Positions 55,997 through 64,000 of a stretch of DNA of 64,000 bases are shown piece by piece. How positions within the stretch are numbered: position 1 is the first letter of the stretch; the number at the start of each line of letters is the position of its first letter. Source of the stretch: Thermodesulfobacteriota bacterium (lineage in GTDB: Bacteria > Desulfobacterota > Desulfarculia > JACQYL01); assembly GCA_963675595.2 (NCBI GenBank), contig CAXXLZ010000001.1, forward strand, positions 1,600,001-1,664,000. The letters run 5' to 3'. The notes beneath the pieces were generated by a model. It made no database searches. It worked only from the letters and a program-made list of their open reading frames with translations, and was not told the DNA's origin. A program made the translations under genes and the position numbers.

Positions 55997-57244
55997 ATGG
56001 ATCACGAAACCATGCAGATACCCGGAATGGAAGACTACGAGCCGTTGATCGGTGCGGAATCGGCGGATCGAATTTCCGAAAAAGCGGAAAAGTTGAAAGA
56101 CCTCCACGTAGTGAACATCAACTCCACCTATTACGGAGGAGGGGTGGCGGAAATCCTGTCGTCATTGACGTTGCTTTTAGGCAAACTCGGAGTCAAAGCC
56201 GGATGGCGCGTCATTCAGGGATCTCCTGATTTTTTCAGCATTACCAAGAAGATCCACAATGCACTCCAGGGTGGCGCCATCCGCATGAGCGACAAGAAGA
56301 AAGAGATTTATGAATACGTGAATCTTGAAAACGCCTTCCGGAACCACCTGGATCACAACATGGTGGTGATTCACGATCCGCAACCATTGCCCTTGATCAT
56401 GCACTACAAGAAGCACGGTCCCTGGATTTGGAGATGCCATGTTAATTTGGACGGTCCGGACCCGGAACTGTGGGGCTATTTGAAGGGATTCGTCGAACGC
56501 TACGATGCCGTAATCCTGAGCCTAAAAAGATACGCCCAGAAGCTCAACACGCCTCAATTCTTCTTTCCTCCCGGGATCGATCCTTTTTCCATCAAAAACA
56601 GGGATATGAGCGACGAAGACGTGGATGAACGTCTCTCCAAATACAATATTCCCACCGATCTGCCGCTGGTGGTACAGATTTCCCGCTTTGATCGCTGGAA
56701 GGATCCGGAAGGAGTCATCAAAGCCTTCAAAATCGCCCGCAGGGAAGTGGATGCCACTCTGGTTCTGTTGGGCAATGTGGCCACCGACGATCCCGAGGGA
56801 AAAGAGGTCTACGAATCTCTGCTGGATTGTCAGGAGGAACGCATCATCATTTTGAGCGCACAGGATACGGCGCTGGTCAACGCCCTCCAACGAAAGGCGG
56901 CGGTAGTGCTGCAGAAGTCCATCCGGGAGGGTTTCGGGCTCACCGTAACGGAGGCCATGTGGAAAGGCGCGGCGGTCATCGGCGGAAACACGGGCGGCAT
57001 CAGCCGACAGATTCAAGATGGAGAAAACGGGTTCCTGGTATCTTCCATCGAGGAAGCAGCCCGTAGGATCGTCGACCTGATAAAGCACCCGGATTTGAAA
57101 AGGACGCTGGGAGAGAAAGCCGTGGAAACCGTGAGGAACCATTATCTGCTTCCTCTTCACGCCGAACGATACCTCGACATGTTTAGCTCCTTCGAGACCA
57201 TTTTTCGGATCAGCAGCCCCTTGAATCATTCGGGAGAGGCTTGA
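55997..57244 (+). CDS. treT: Trehalose synthase TreT-type GT4 glycosyltransferase
   Basis: NST..GGGVAE, FF..TKK.HNALQG, IHDPQP, WIWRCH, SRFDRWKDP, QKS.REGFGLTVTEA.WK. Confidence 0.85.
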   Translation: MDHETMQIPGMEDYEPLIGAESADRISEKAEKLKDLHVVNINSTYYGGGVAEILSSLTLLLGKLGVKAGWRVIQGSPDFFSITKKIHNALQGGAIRMSDKKKEIYEYVNLENAFRNHLDHNMVVIHDPQPLPLIMHYKKHGPWIWRCHVNLDGPDPELWGYLKGFVERYDAVILSLKRYAQKLNTPQFFFPPGIDPFSIKNRDMSDEDVDERLSKYNIPTDLPLVVQISRFDRWKDPEGVIKAFKIARREVDATLVLLGNVATDDPEGKEVYESLLDCQEERIIILSAQDTALVNALQRKAAVVLQKSIREGFGLTVTEAMWKGAAVIGGNTGGISRQIQDGENGFLVSSIEEAARRIVDLIKHPDLKRTLGEKAVETVRNHYLLPLHAERYLDMFSSFETIFRISSPLNHSGEA

Positions 57245-57289
57245 GCCATGTCGTCTCCCCGTTTCGTACGACCTTGAAGAAGGATTATA

Positions 57290-57919
57290 GTGGCAATGGA
57301 CAACGACACGCTGGAAGACTACCGAGGAAAAAGGGACTTTCGCCGCACTCCCGAGCCTGCGGGAGAAGGAATCCAACCATCGCAATCTCCCGTGTTCGTC
57401 GTTCAGAAGCATGACGCGAGCACTCTGCACTATGATTTCCGCCTCGAAATCAACGGCTTTCTCAAGTCATGGGCCGTGCCCAAGGGGCCTTCCACGGACC
57501 CCCGGGAGAAACGCCTGGCCTTGCCCACTGAAGACCACCCCTTGGATTACGCGCATTTTGAGGGAGTCATTCCGGAAGGCGAATACGGAGCCGGAACCGT
57601 AATTGTCTGGGATACGGGAACCTACCGGAACCTGAACCGGAACGAGGACGATGAAACCGTTTCCATGGCCGACGCGGTTCAACAAGGGGAAATCAAAGTT
57701 TGGCTGGAAGGTCGGAAAATCAAGGGGGGATACGCCCTGATCCGGACAGGTAAAGGAAAAAAGGAGCGCTGGTTGCTCGTCAAGATGAAGGATGATCATG
57801 CGGACGCACGGCGCGATCCGGTTTCAACGCAACCCGAATCCGTGCTGAGCGGCCGAAGGATTGAGGAGATCGCCGAAGAAGCGAAGAAACATCGCGATCG
57901 GAAGGAGATTGACGATTAG
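57290..57919 (+). CDS. Stand-alone LigD 3'-phosphoesterase domain protein
   Basis: Y..KRDF..TPEP, FVVQKH.A..LHYDFRLE, SWAVPKGPS, EDHP..Y..FEG.IP.G.YGAG.V..WD.G. Confidence 0.92.
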   Translation: MAMDNDTLEDYRGKRDFRRTPEPAGEGIQPSQSPVFVVQKHDASTLHYDFRLEINGFLKSWAVPKGPSTDPREKRLALPTEDHPLDYAHFEGVIPEGEYGAGTVIVWDTGTYRNLNRNEDDETVSMADAVQQGEIKVWLEGRKIKGGYALIRTGKGKKERWLLVKMKDDHADARRDPVSTQPESVLSGRRIEEIAEEAKKHRDRKEIDD

Positions 57920-57981
57920 GCGCCACCGACGGCCCGCCCTAAGGCCTGGCAGCTCGTCCCATCCGGATTAGTGTATTGAGC

Positions 57982-58914
57982 ATGAAAAAGACCCTTATCG
58001 AGATCGAAAACGTATCCGTCGAGATTTCCAAGCCCGACAAGGAGCTGTTTCCCTCCATTCATTTCACCAAACGGGACATGGCGGAGTATTACCTACGCAT
58101 GGCGGACATCATGTTGCCCCATATGAGAGGAAGACCCGTTTCCATGAAGCGGTTTCCCGACGGCATCCACAAAGAAGGATTTTTCCAGAAGACGGTTCCC
58201 GATTATTTTCCCCCATGGATTGAACGGGTCACCCTACCCAAAAAAGAAGCTGGAGCCATCACGCATCTCGTGTGCAATCGTCCGGCAACGCTGGTCTACC
58301 TCGCCGATCAGGCCTGCGTCACTCCGCATGTCTGGCTGAGCACAACGGACCGCATTGAATATCCCGACCGTTTGGTCTTTGATCTGGACCCGCCCAACGA
58401 CGATTTCGAGCCCGTGCGCCAAGGTGCCCGGCATATCGCACGCTTGGCTAGGGAAGTCGGGCTTGTTCCCTACCTCATGACCACCGGTTCCCGAGGGCTC
58501 CATGTAGTCCTCCCCCTGGACCGAATCTCCGGTTTCGACGACGTCCGCACATTTGCCAAATCCATGGCCGAGGTCCTCGCGATGCGGCATCAGGATCTTT
58601 TGACCACGGAACAGCGAAAGGACAAACGCCGAGGCCGGGTCTTCCTGGACTACCTCCGAAACGCCTACGCCCAAACGGTCCCCCCGCCCTACTCCATTCG
58701 AGCCCGGCCGTCCGCTTCCGTCGCAACCCCCATCGAATGGCACGAACTAGCCGACGCGAAGCTGCGATCCACGACCTATCACGTTAAGAATATCTTCCGA
58801 AGACTTGGTCGGAAAGCGGACCCCTGGAAAGACATGAACCAGAGCGCTCGTTCCCTCAAGAAAGCGAAATCGGCATTGCGGGAAGCGGTTTCCGAGCGGG
58901 GAACCACCACTTGA
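57982..58914 (+). CDS. Stand-alone LigD polymerase (primase-polymerase) domain protein
   Basis: R.PDGI...FFQK, PDRLVFDLDP, TTGSRGLHV, VFLDYLRN, PYS.RAR..A.VATPI.W.EL. Confidence 0.92.
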   Translation: MKKTLIEIENVSVEISKPDKELFPSIHFTKRDMAEYYLRMADIMLPHMRGRPVSMKRFPDGIHKEGFFQKTVPDYFPPWIERVTLPKKEAGAITHLVCNRPATLVYLADQACVTPHVWLSTTDRIEYPDRLVFDLDPPNDDFEPVRQGARHIARLAREVGLVPYLMTTGSRGLHVVLPLDRISGFDDVRTFAKSMAEVLAMRHQDLLTTEQRKDKRRGRVFLDYLRNAYAQTVPPPYSIRARPSASVATPIEWHELADAKLRSTTYHVKNIFRRLGRKADPWKDMNQSARSLKKAKSALREAVSERGTTT

Positions 58915-58984
58915 TAAACCGTGCGGGATTCCGGGAGGTTTGTCGGGTCGTGGAATCGATGTTTCAGACCTATTCGACTAGTGA

Positions 58985-59689
58985 TCAGCGTTCCATTTCC
59001 ACGACCGCTTTCAGGGGCAAATGATCCGACGCGGACCGCGCCTCCTCGGAACGGAAGGCCTCTACCCGAAGCAAAGCGGAGACCGGACGAACGAAGATCC
59101 GATCCAATGAAAACAAAGGCTTTCGGGCCGGAAAGGTCCTGGGTGAAGGCGAATCGCCGAACCAGGACTCAAGACGGCGGCGTACCGATCGAAAGGGAAA
59201 ACATTCATTGAGATCGCCCACCAAGACCACGAACTCTTTGGAGCCGCTCTCCAAAATACGCATCAGCTTCCGAACTTGAATCCTTCTTTCGCCGGGTCGT
59301 AGACCAAGGTGAGTCACCAGAACCCGGACATGCCGTCCCTTCACCTCCAGGCCCGCATCAATGACGCCTCTGGGCTCGTAGGGGATCACGGTGATGTCTT
59401 CTCGTCGAATTTCCAGTACCCGATGACGTGTGAGCAGAACGTTTCCGAAGAGGCCGGAATCCTTGAGCAACGTCGGTCCCGGTATCACTCGATTTCCCAT
59501 GATTATCCTTGGAAAAGCGTTTCTGAAGCCATTACGTCGGCTTCCGGAAAAAGCCACTTCCTGGAGACCGACGACGTCGGCTTTCATGGACTCGATCACA
59601 CCCGCCACGCGACTTTCATCAAAAAGGCCGTCGGTTCCCACACAGGAATGAACATTGTACGTGACCACGCTGAAGCAGGACAAATTCAT
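58985..59689 (-). CDS. Endonuclease/exonuclease/phosphatase family protein (YbhP-like)
   Basis: TYNVH, LQEV, THLGL, GDLNE, LDRIF, ASDHLPL. Confidence 0.88.
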   Translation of the reverse strand: MNLSCFSVVTYNVHSCVGTDGLFDESRVAGVIESMKADVVGLQEVAFSGSRRNGFRNAFPRIIMGNRVIPGPTLLKDSGLFGNVLLTRHRVLEIRREDITVIPYEPRGVIDAGLEVKGRHVRVLVTHLGLRPGERRIQVRKLMRILESGSKEFVVLVGDLNECFPFRSVRRRLESWFGDSPSPRTFPARKPLFSLDRIFVRPVSALLRVEAFRSEEARSASDHLPLKAVVEMER

Positions 59690-59819
59690 CCACCCCGTCC
59701 GCCGTAGCGACTTCAATAAGTTCCGATGTCCAATCACTCCGCCGCCGGCAGCACCGCATCGAGTCGCTTTCGCCCGGTTTGTCCAGGTTCGGCACAAGGC
59801 CATCGGGTATCGAGGGCTG

Positions 59820-61946
59820 TCAGGTCCGCTTCTTCCCCGCCTTTCCGAAGCGCCCGGTAATACGGGCATAGCCGTACCCCACCAAGCATACTCCGCCGGC
59901 GAATGTAAGCAGGTTGGACCAGTTCGGATTCTCAAGGACGGCGAGGAATCTATTCGCCAGCAAAGCGACCGACAAGATTCCGGGAGTGGCTCCCAAAAGA
60001 GTTCCCACCAAATAGTCCTTGAGTCGGACACGGGAGGCTCCGGCAACCGTGCTCACCATGGAAAAAGGCGCCACCGGGACGATGCGGACAGCGACGGCGG
60101 CCGCAAGCCCACCACGAGAAAGCCGTTTGCTGATTCGATTCAACCAGGGTCCCGCCGCTCTTTTCACCCTATCCCGACCTAACAGCGCGCCGACAAAATA
60201 TAGGAACGCGGCGCTCGTCATGATCCCGAAAAAAGCGTAAAATATTCCTTTCACGGTTCCGAAAATCATCAGCGTGGCGAGAATCGGCAGGCTCACCGGC
60301 AGGAACAGCAAAGCACTCGCCACGTACGCCGCGGGCAGCGCGTATGAGAATGCAAAACCGGATCGCAACCAGAACACCCATTGGGATGCGGTTTCGGAAT
60401 TCAACCATTGGGGCAACGACGTAAAACGCCAACACACCCCAGCGGCGACAAGGAACACACCGGCCGTAATCAGGGGACCGGGGCGCAGCCATCCGGCCTC
60501 GGACTCCGATTCCGACACGAACTCCTCAATCATGCGTTCCAAAGCCACCGGCCGCTCCGGGTCCAATAATCGGGGCCCCATCTCCATATCATCAACCCAT
60601 TCCGGCACTTCCGTTTCCAGTTTTCGGAGTGTGGCTCCTTCCCCGCTAAGCTTTTCGATGGCGGCGATCAATGAGCCCTCACCGGCCAACTTGCCTTCCA
60701 ACGTTTCCCGGTCCACCTGTAAATGTTCGCTGAGAAGCCGATTTCGGAACCCTGCAATCGCTTCGGAGATGTCTTTGCGCTCTTGAGCCTCGACGGCCAG
60801 ATCGCACTCCGTATCCAGACCCATGGACCGGTTGCTCAGGTTGGAAGAACCCACGCGCACCAACCGGTCGTCCACCACAAGAACCTTAGCGTGTACGTTT
60901 TCGTGCCGGTCCCCGAGTCCCGGAACGAACGGATAATACACTTGCATCCGCCCGTGTCGGTCCGCCTCTTTGAGGCGCTTCAGTAGTACGGCTCTCACGC
61001 TGCCCATGGCGGCTTCCTCAAGCCATCCGCTGTTCCGATACGGCATAATCAAGACCACTTCCGGACCGTGCGGATCACGCAATCGAGCCTCAAGCGCTTC
61101 AGCCACCTTGCCGGCGGTGAAGTACTGGTTCTCGATGTAGATGGTTTCCCGCGCGGAAGCGATTGCGTCTACATACAACCGCTCCACTTCCCGGACCTCG
61201 GGTTCGTCCCCATACTCCGGCTGGGTGCGCGAGATTGCGACATCCACACCCAGCAGGTCCGGCTTAATCTCCGGAGGCCAGGGGTCGCTCGAAAAGCCGG
61301 AAGCAGTTACCGGAGCGAAACCCACGGTGCGCTCCCATCTTTCGCGAAACAGCTTGCCCAGCGCTTCCGCCGCCTCGCCCTCCACCATGAACTGAACGTC
61401 GTGAAACGGTGCATACAATTCCCCGCCGGGGTCCGTTCTGCGCGATTCGTCCGGACGATGATCCGATGAATCCCATCGCCTCTGGGTCAGATCAAGCCCG
61501 CCCACGAACGCTACTCGTTCGTCCACCACCACGATTTTTCGGTGATGGGACGCTCCGGTGGGATGATTGCCGTCCATCTCGAAATGAATCCTCGAGTGAG
61601 TTTTCCAGCCGAGCTTAAACAGAGGAAGGAATTCACGTTCAAACGTGTAGATCATGGCGAATTCCCATGCCAGAACGAATACGTTGAGACTCTTCCGCTT
61701 TTTGACGCAACGATCCAGGAATTCGCCCAAACGATAATCCGCGCCGGCCCCATCAGGCCCTCGTTTCAGCATCGTCCGGCTGTCGATGTCCCAGCCCATA
61801 ATGAAGACGGATGAACGCGCGCGTTCCACACTGTCGACGAACGCCGAAAAATAGGCCTGCCCGTCAATCAAAAAAGCCCCGCGGGTCGCCTTCACTTTTC
61901 GCAAGCAGTTTCGCCCGGGTTTCAGTATGAATTCGTTTTCGTTCAT
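59820..61946 (-). CDS. Phospholipase D (cardiolipin synthase-like) fused to VTT/SNARE-associated domain
   Basis: Two HKD motifs (HRKIVVVD, HAKVLVVD...GSSN), IENQYF; C-terminal TM region with R.VPVAPF, Y..GT.LG..PG. Confidence 0.88.
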   Translation of the reverse strand: MNENEFILKPGRNCLRKVKATRGAFLIDGQAYFSAFVDSVERARSSVFIMGWDIDSRTMLKRGPDGAGADYRLGEFLDRCVKKRKSLNVFVLAWEFAMIYTFEREFLPLFKLGWKTHSRIHFEMDGNHPTGASHHRKIVVVDERVAFVGGLDLTQRRWDSSDHRPDESRRTDPGGELYAPFHDVQFMVEGEAAEALGKLFRERWERTVGFAPVTASGFSSDPWPPEIKPDLLGVDVAISRTQPEYGDEPEVREVERLYVDAIASARETIYIENQYFTAGKVAEALEARLRDPHGPEVVLIMPYRNSGWLEEAAMGSVRAVLLKRLKEADRHGRMQVYYPFVPGLGDRHENVHAKVLVVDDRLVRVGSSNLSNRSMGLDTECDLAVEAQERKDISEAIAGFRNRLLSEHLQVDRETLEGKLAGEGSLIAAIEKLSGEGATLRKLETEVPEWVDDMEMGPRLLDPERPVALERMIEEFVSESESEAGWLRPGPLITAGVFLVAAGVCWRFTSLPQWLNSETASQWVFWLRSGFAFSYALPAAYVASALLFLPVSLPILATLMIFGTVKGIFYAFFGIMTSAAFLYFVGALLGRDRVKRAAGPWLNRISKRLSRGGLAAAVAVRIVPVAPFSMVSTVAGASRVRLKDYLVGTLLGATPGILSVALLANRFLAVLENPNWSNLLTFAGGVCLVGYGYARITGRFGKAGKKRT

Positions 61947-63007
61947 GAACGATTCTCTCCACAGCCTGAATCATTTTTCGCAGGTGGAATGGGGATACGA
62001 TAACGGAACCTCAAACATCATACTTCGACAAAAGGGAAATCACGAGCGGCAACGTCCCGGATACAGCATGCCGACCGATGAAATACACCGGCAAGGGTAT
62101 GCCTCCCGACCTAATACGGCAGTACAATTTGGAGTGAATTCAACGAGTAACCGAATCGTCGAATGATAGGTGTCGAAACGCCCGTCAATCAGCCCTCCAG
62201 ATGACCATGTCTGGATTGAAGTCGGGCACCGCATAAGAATTCAAACCGGATGCTCCAAATGTGGCTCTTTTTCGAATCGGCCGATGCACGCCATCCCGCA
62301 GTCAAATGCAAACTCAAGCCAGGTGAATGACCTCATGTCCTTTGAATCCAAAGACCACAACAAAGTCCCGAGCGGTGGAGTTCCGAATCCTTCGAGGAGG
62401 GGAACCAACTGGACCTCGATCGTCTGGTTGATGTTTCTCTGGTTCCTCATCGCCTTCAGCTTCCGACTGTGCCATTCCCCCAACGTACTGGAGCTGTCTT
62501 ACTCCGATTTCAAAAGTTACGCGAAGAAAGGTACTGTAGCCGAAATCACCCTCGCCTCGGATACGGTCCAAGGTAAATTCAAGAACCCGGTGGAAAAGAA
62601 AACCGACGGCGAGAAACAATCCTTCCAAAATTTTCGAACCACATTGCCTCCGCTGAACGACCCGGAGCTCCTGCCTTTACTAGAAGAGCAGGGGGTGGAG
62701 ATCCACGCTGAGTCCAAAGGGGACTCCTGGCTTACCACGGCGTTGATCATCCTTGCACCCTGGCTCCTCATCATCGGGTTGATTTATTTTTCCGGCCGAA
62801 GACTCCAGCAGCGCATGTCGGGTGGACTGTTCAATTTCGGCAAATCAAAGGCCAAACTCTTTTCCAAGACCAACAGTGAAACAACCTTCGACGACGTCGC
62901 GGGGCTTGAAAATAGTGAGCACTCCTCCCGCACAGCGGGAGGCCTCAGGAGGCCCCCCAAAGGGGGGCTAAGGTTATGGGAAAGTCCCCTTGGGACGAAA
63001 TCAGGGG

Positions 63008-63433
63008 TTATTCGAATTCCAGATCCATCTGATCTTTCTCATGCTTTTCCTGGTCGCGGATGTACCTTCGAATCGTTTCTTCATCCAGACCCACTGTACT
63101 CACACAATAGCCTCGCGACCAGAAATGCAAACCCGTAACCCGTTTCTCCTTCAGTATCTCTCGATGGATTCGTATGGCGCTCTTGCCTTTCAAAAAGCCG
63201 ATGACAAAAGCTATGCTGAATTTCGGCGGTACGCTTATACACATGTGCACGTGGTCCGGCATTAGATGCCCTTCCAACAATTCGACCCGCTTTTGTCGGC
63301 ATAGCTCTCTTACGATCTCCCCTACTCCTGTCCGAATCCTCCCATATAGCTTCTTCTTCCGATATTTCGGGACGATTACCACGTGGTATTTGCAATCCCA
63401 CCTTACGTGGGATAGACTCTGCCATTCGTGCAT
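63008..63433 (-). CDS. tnpA: IS200 Y1 HUH transposase
   Basis: CKYHVV..PKYR, MPDHVH (HUH), LKGKSA, FWSRGY.VSTVG, RYIRDQ (catalytic Tyr). Confidence 0.95.
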   Translation of the reverse strand: MHEWQSLSHVRWDCKYHVVIVPKYRKKKLYGRIRTGVGEIVRELCRQKRVELLEGHLMPDHVHMCISVPPKFSIAFVIGFLKGKSAIRIHREILKEKRVTGLHFWSRGYCVSTVGLDEETIRRYIRDQEKHEKDQMDLEFE

Positions 63434-63486
63434 AGGTTCTTCCTCCAGTTCCGCCCATTGGGCACTTCCCCGGAGGAAGAACCTAT
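63432..63486 (-). promoter_or_regulatory. RBS-sequestering fold-back stem in tnpA leader
   Basis: 15-bp perfect inverted repeat ataggttcttcctcc / ggaggaagaacctat covering GGAGG and AT of the start codon. Confidence 0.75.
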
Positions 63487-64000
63487 TTTATTTTCTCGCC
63501 GGAACGGTAGAACCTTTCCGGGTCCTCCACCATAGGTGGAGGGTTTAGATCGGAACTAAGAAAGAACTTGAAGAAATCGTCGGATTCCTCAAGGATCCTG
63601 AGCGATACCGCTCCCTGGGAGGCAAGCTGCCCAAAGGCATACTGCTCGTTGGTCCTCCCGGAACCGGAAAGACGCTCATGTCTCGGGCCGTTGCCGGTGA
63701 AGCCGGTGTCCCCTTCTACAGCATCAGCGGCTCCGAGTTCATTGAGATGTTCGTGGGGGTCGGCGCCTCCCGCGTACGAGACCTGTTCGAAAACGCCAAG
63801 AAAGACGCTCCCGCCATTATTTTCATCGATGAACTGGACTCCATCGGCAGGGTTCGGGGAACCGGTCTCGGCGGCGGCAACGACGAGCGGGAACAAACCC
63901 TGAACCAGATATTGTCCGAAATGGACGGATTCACTCCCAGCGAATCGATGGTGGTATTGGCCGCCACCAACCGCCCGGATGTTTTGGATCCGGCTCTGAT

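Larger units (their letters stand above)
62915..63555 (-). mobile_element. IS200/IS605 family insertion sequence (IS200 subgroup, tnpA only, 641 bp)
   Basis: Subterminal hairpins cctccacc-ata-ggtggagg (63524-63542) and cctcccgc-aca-gcgggagg (62924-62942); no target duplication; removal restores ftsH frame (AAT A|CT AAG). Confidence 0.92.
62335..64000 (+). pseudogene. ftsH: ATP-dependent zinc metalloprotease FtsH interrupted by IS200-type element (continues beyond window)
   Basis: N-part: 2 TM, SYSDF, FGKSKAK, TFDDVAGLEN; after IS: [66 protein letters not shown]. Confidence 0.93.

Noticed and set aside
58985-60046. 353-aa version of the EEP ORF
   Set aside because: N-terminal 119 aa overlap PLD-VTT and are not protein-like; family homology starts at ATG 59689
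62915-63007. TnpB/omegaRNA system in the IS
   Set aside because: No tnpB; only about 90 bp between tnpA stop and right end, consistent with plain IS200
62170-63138. 322-aa ORF as a complete gene
   Set aside because: It is the ftsH N-terminus reading into the IS; the tail is IS antisense sequence
1-64000. Genome-wide TAG reassignment suggested by the CBS gene
   Set aside because: gap, the WOR, an adh, the ACT gene, UPF0182 and LigD-PE all end in TAG at expected family lengths
1-64000. CRISPR array, tRNA, rRNA, selenocysteine read-through
   Set aside because: No regularly spaced direct repeats or RNA-gene signatures seen; no TGA-terminated gene lacked an expected C-terminus

Overview
GC-rich bacterial DNA; the gene content points to a strictly anaerobic Desulfobacterota/deltaproteobacterium (inference). 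The window has two functional halves that diverge at about 37.3-37.6 kb. Left half (1-37.3 kb) is anaerobic acyl-CoA/aldehyde/alcohol metabolism: TatD, an MBL hydrolase, two ICL/PEP-mutase-family lyases, a thiolase-DUF35-ThDP lyase operon, a large degenerate STAND-like TPR/SEC-C protein, an MFS transporter, an orphan activase plus DUF362, thiC under a TPP riboswitch, a flavoprotein, an epoxide hydrolase, tandem Zn-alcohol dehydrogenases and a PAS/NarL two-component system. It ends in a co-directional MaoC-TetR-[class I aryl-CoA-reductase-like four-gene set]-ferredoxin-tungsten AOR-ferredoxin-FAD/NAD(P)H oxidoreductase cluster, the best candidate for an uncharacterised pathway. Right half (37.6-64 kb) looks like a general-stress/dormancy island: UPF0182, PaoABC-like Mo enzyme, gap, P-type ATPase, DUF72, a CBS gene with two in-frame amber codons, a six-BON protein, AT-rich psiE, ppsA, TreT, stand-alone LigD phosphoesterase and polymerase, EEP, PLD-VTT, and ftsH interrupted by a 641-bp IS200-type element whose ends can be placed to the base. 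No rRNA, tRNA or CRISPR array was seen. All calls come from motif recognition by eye; no database search was run.
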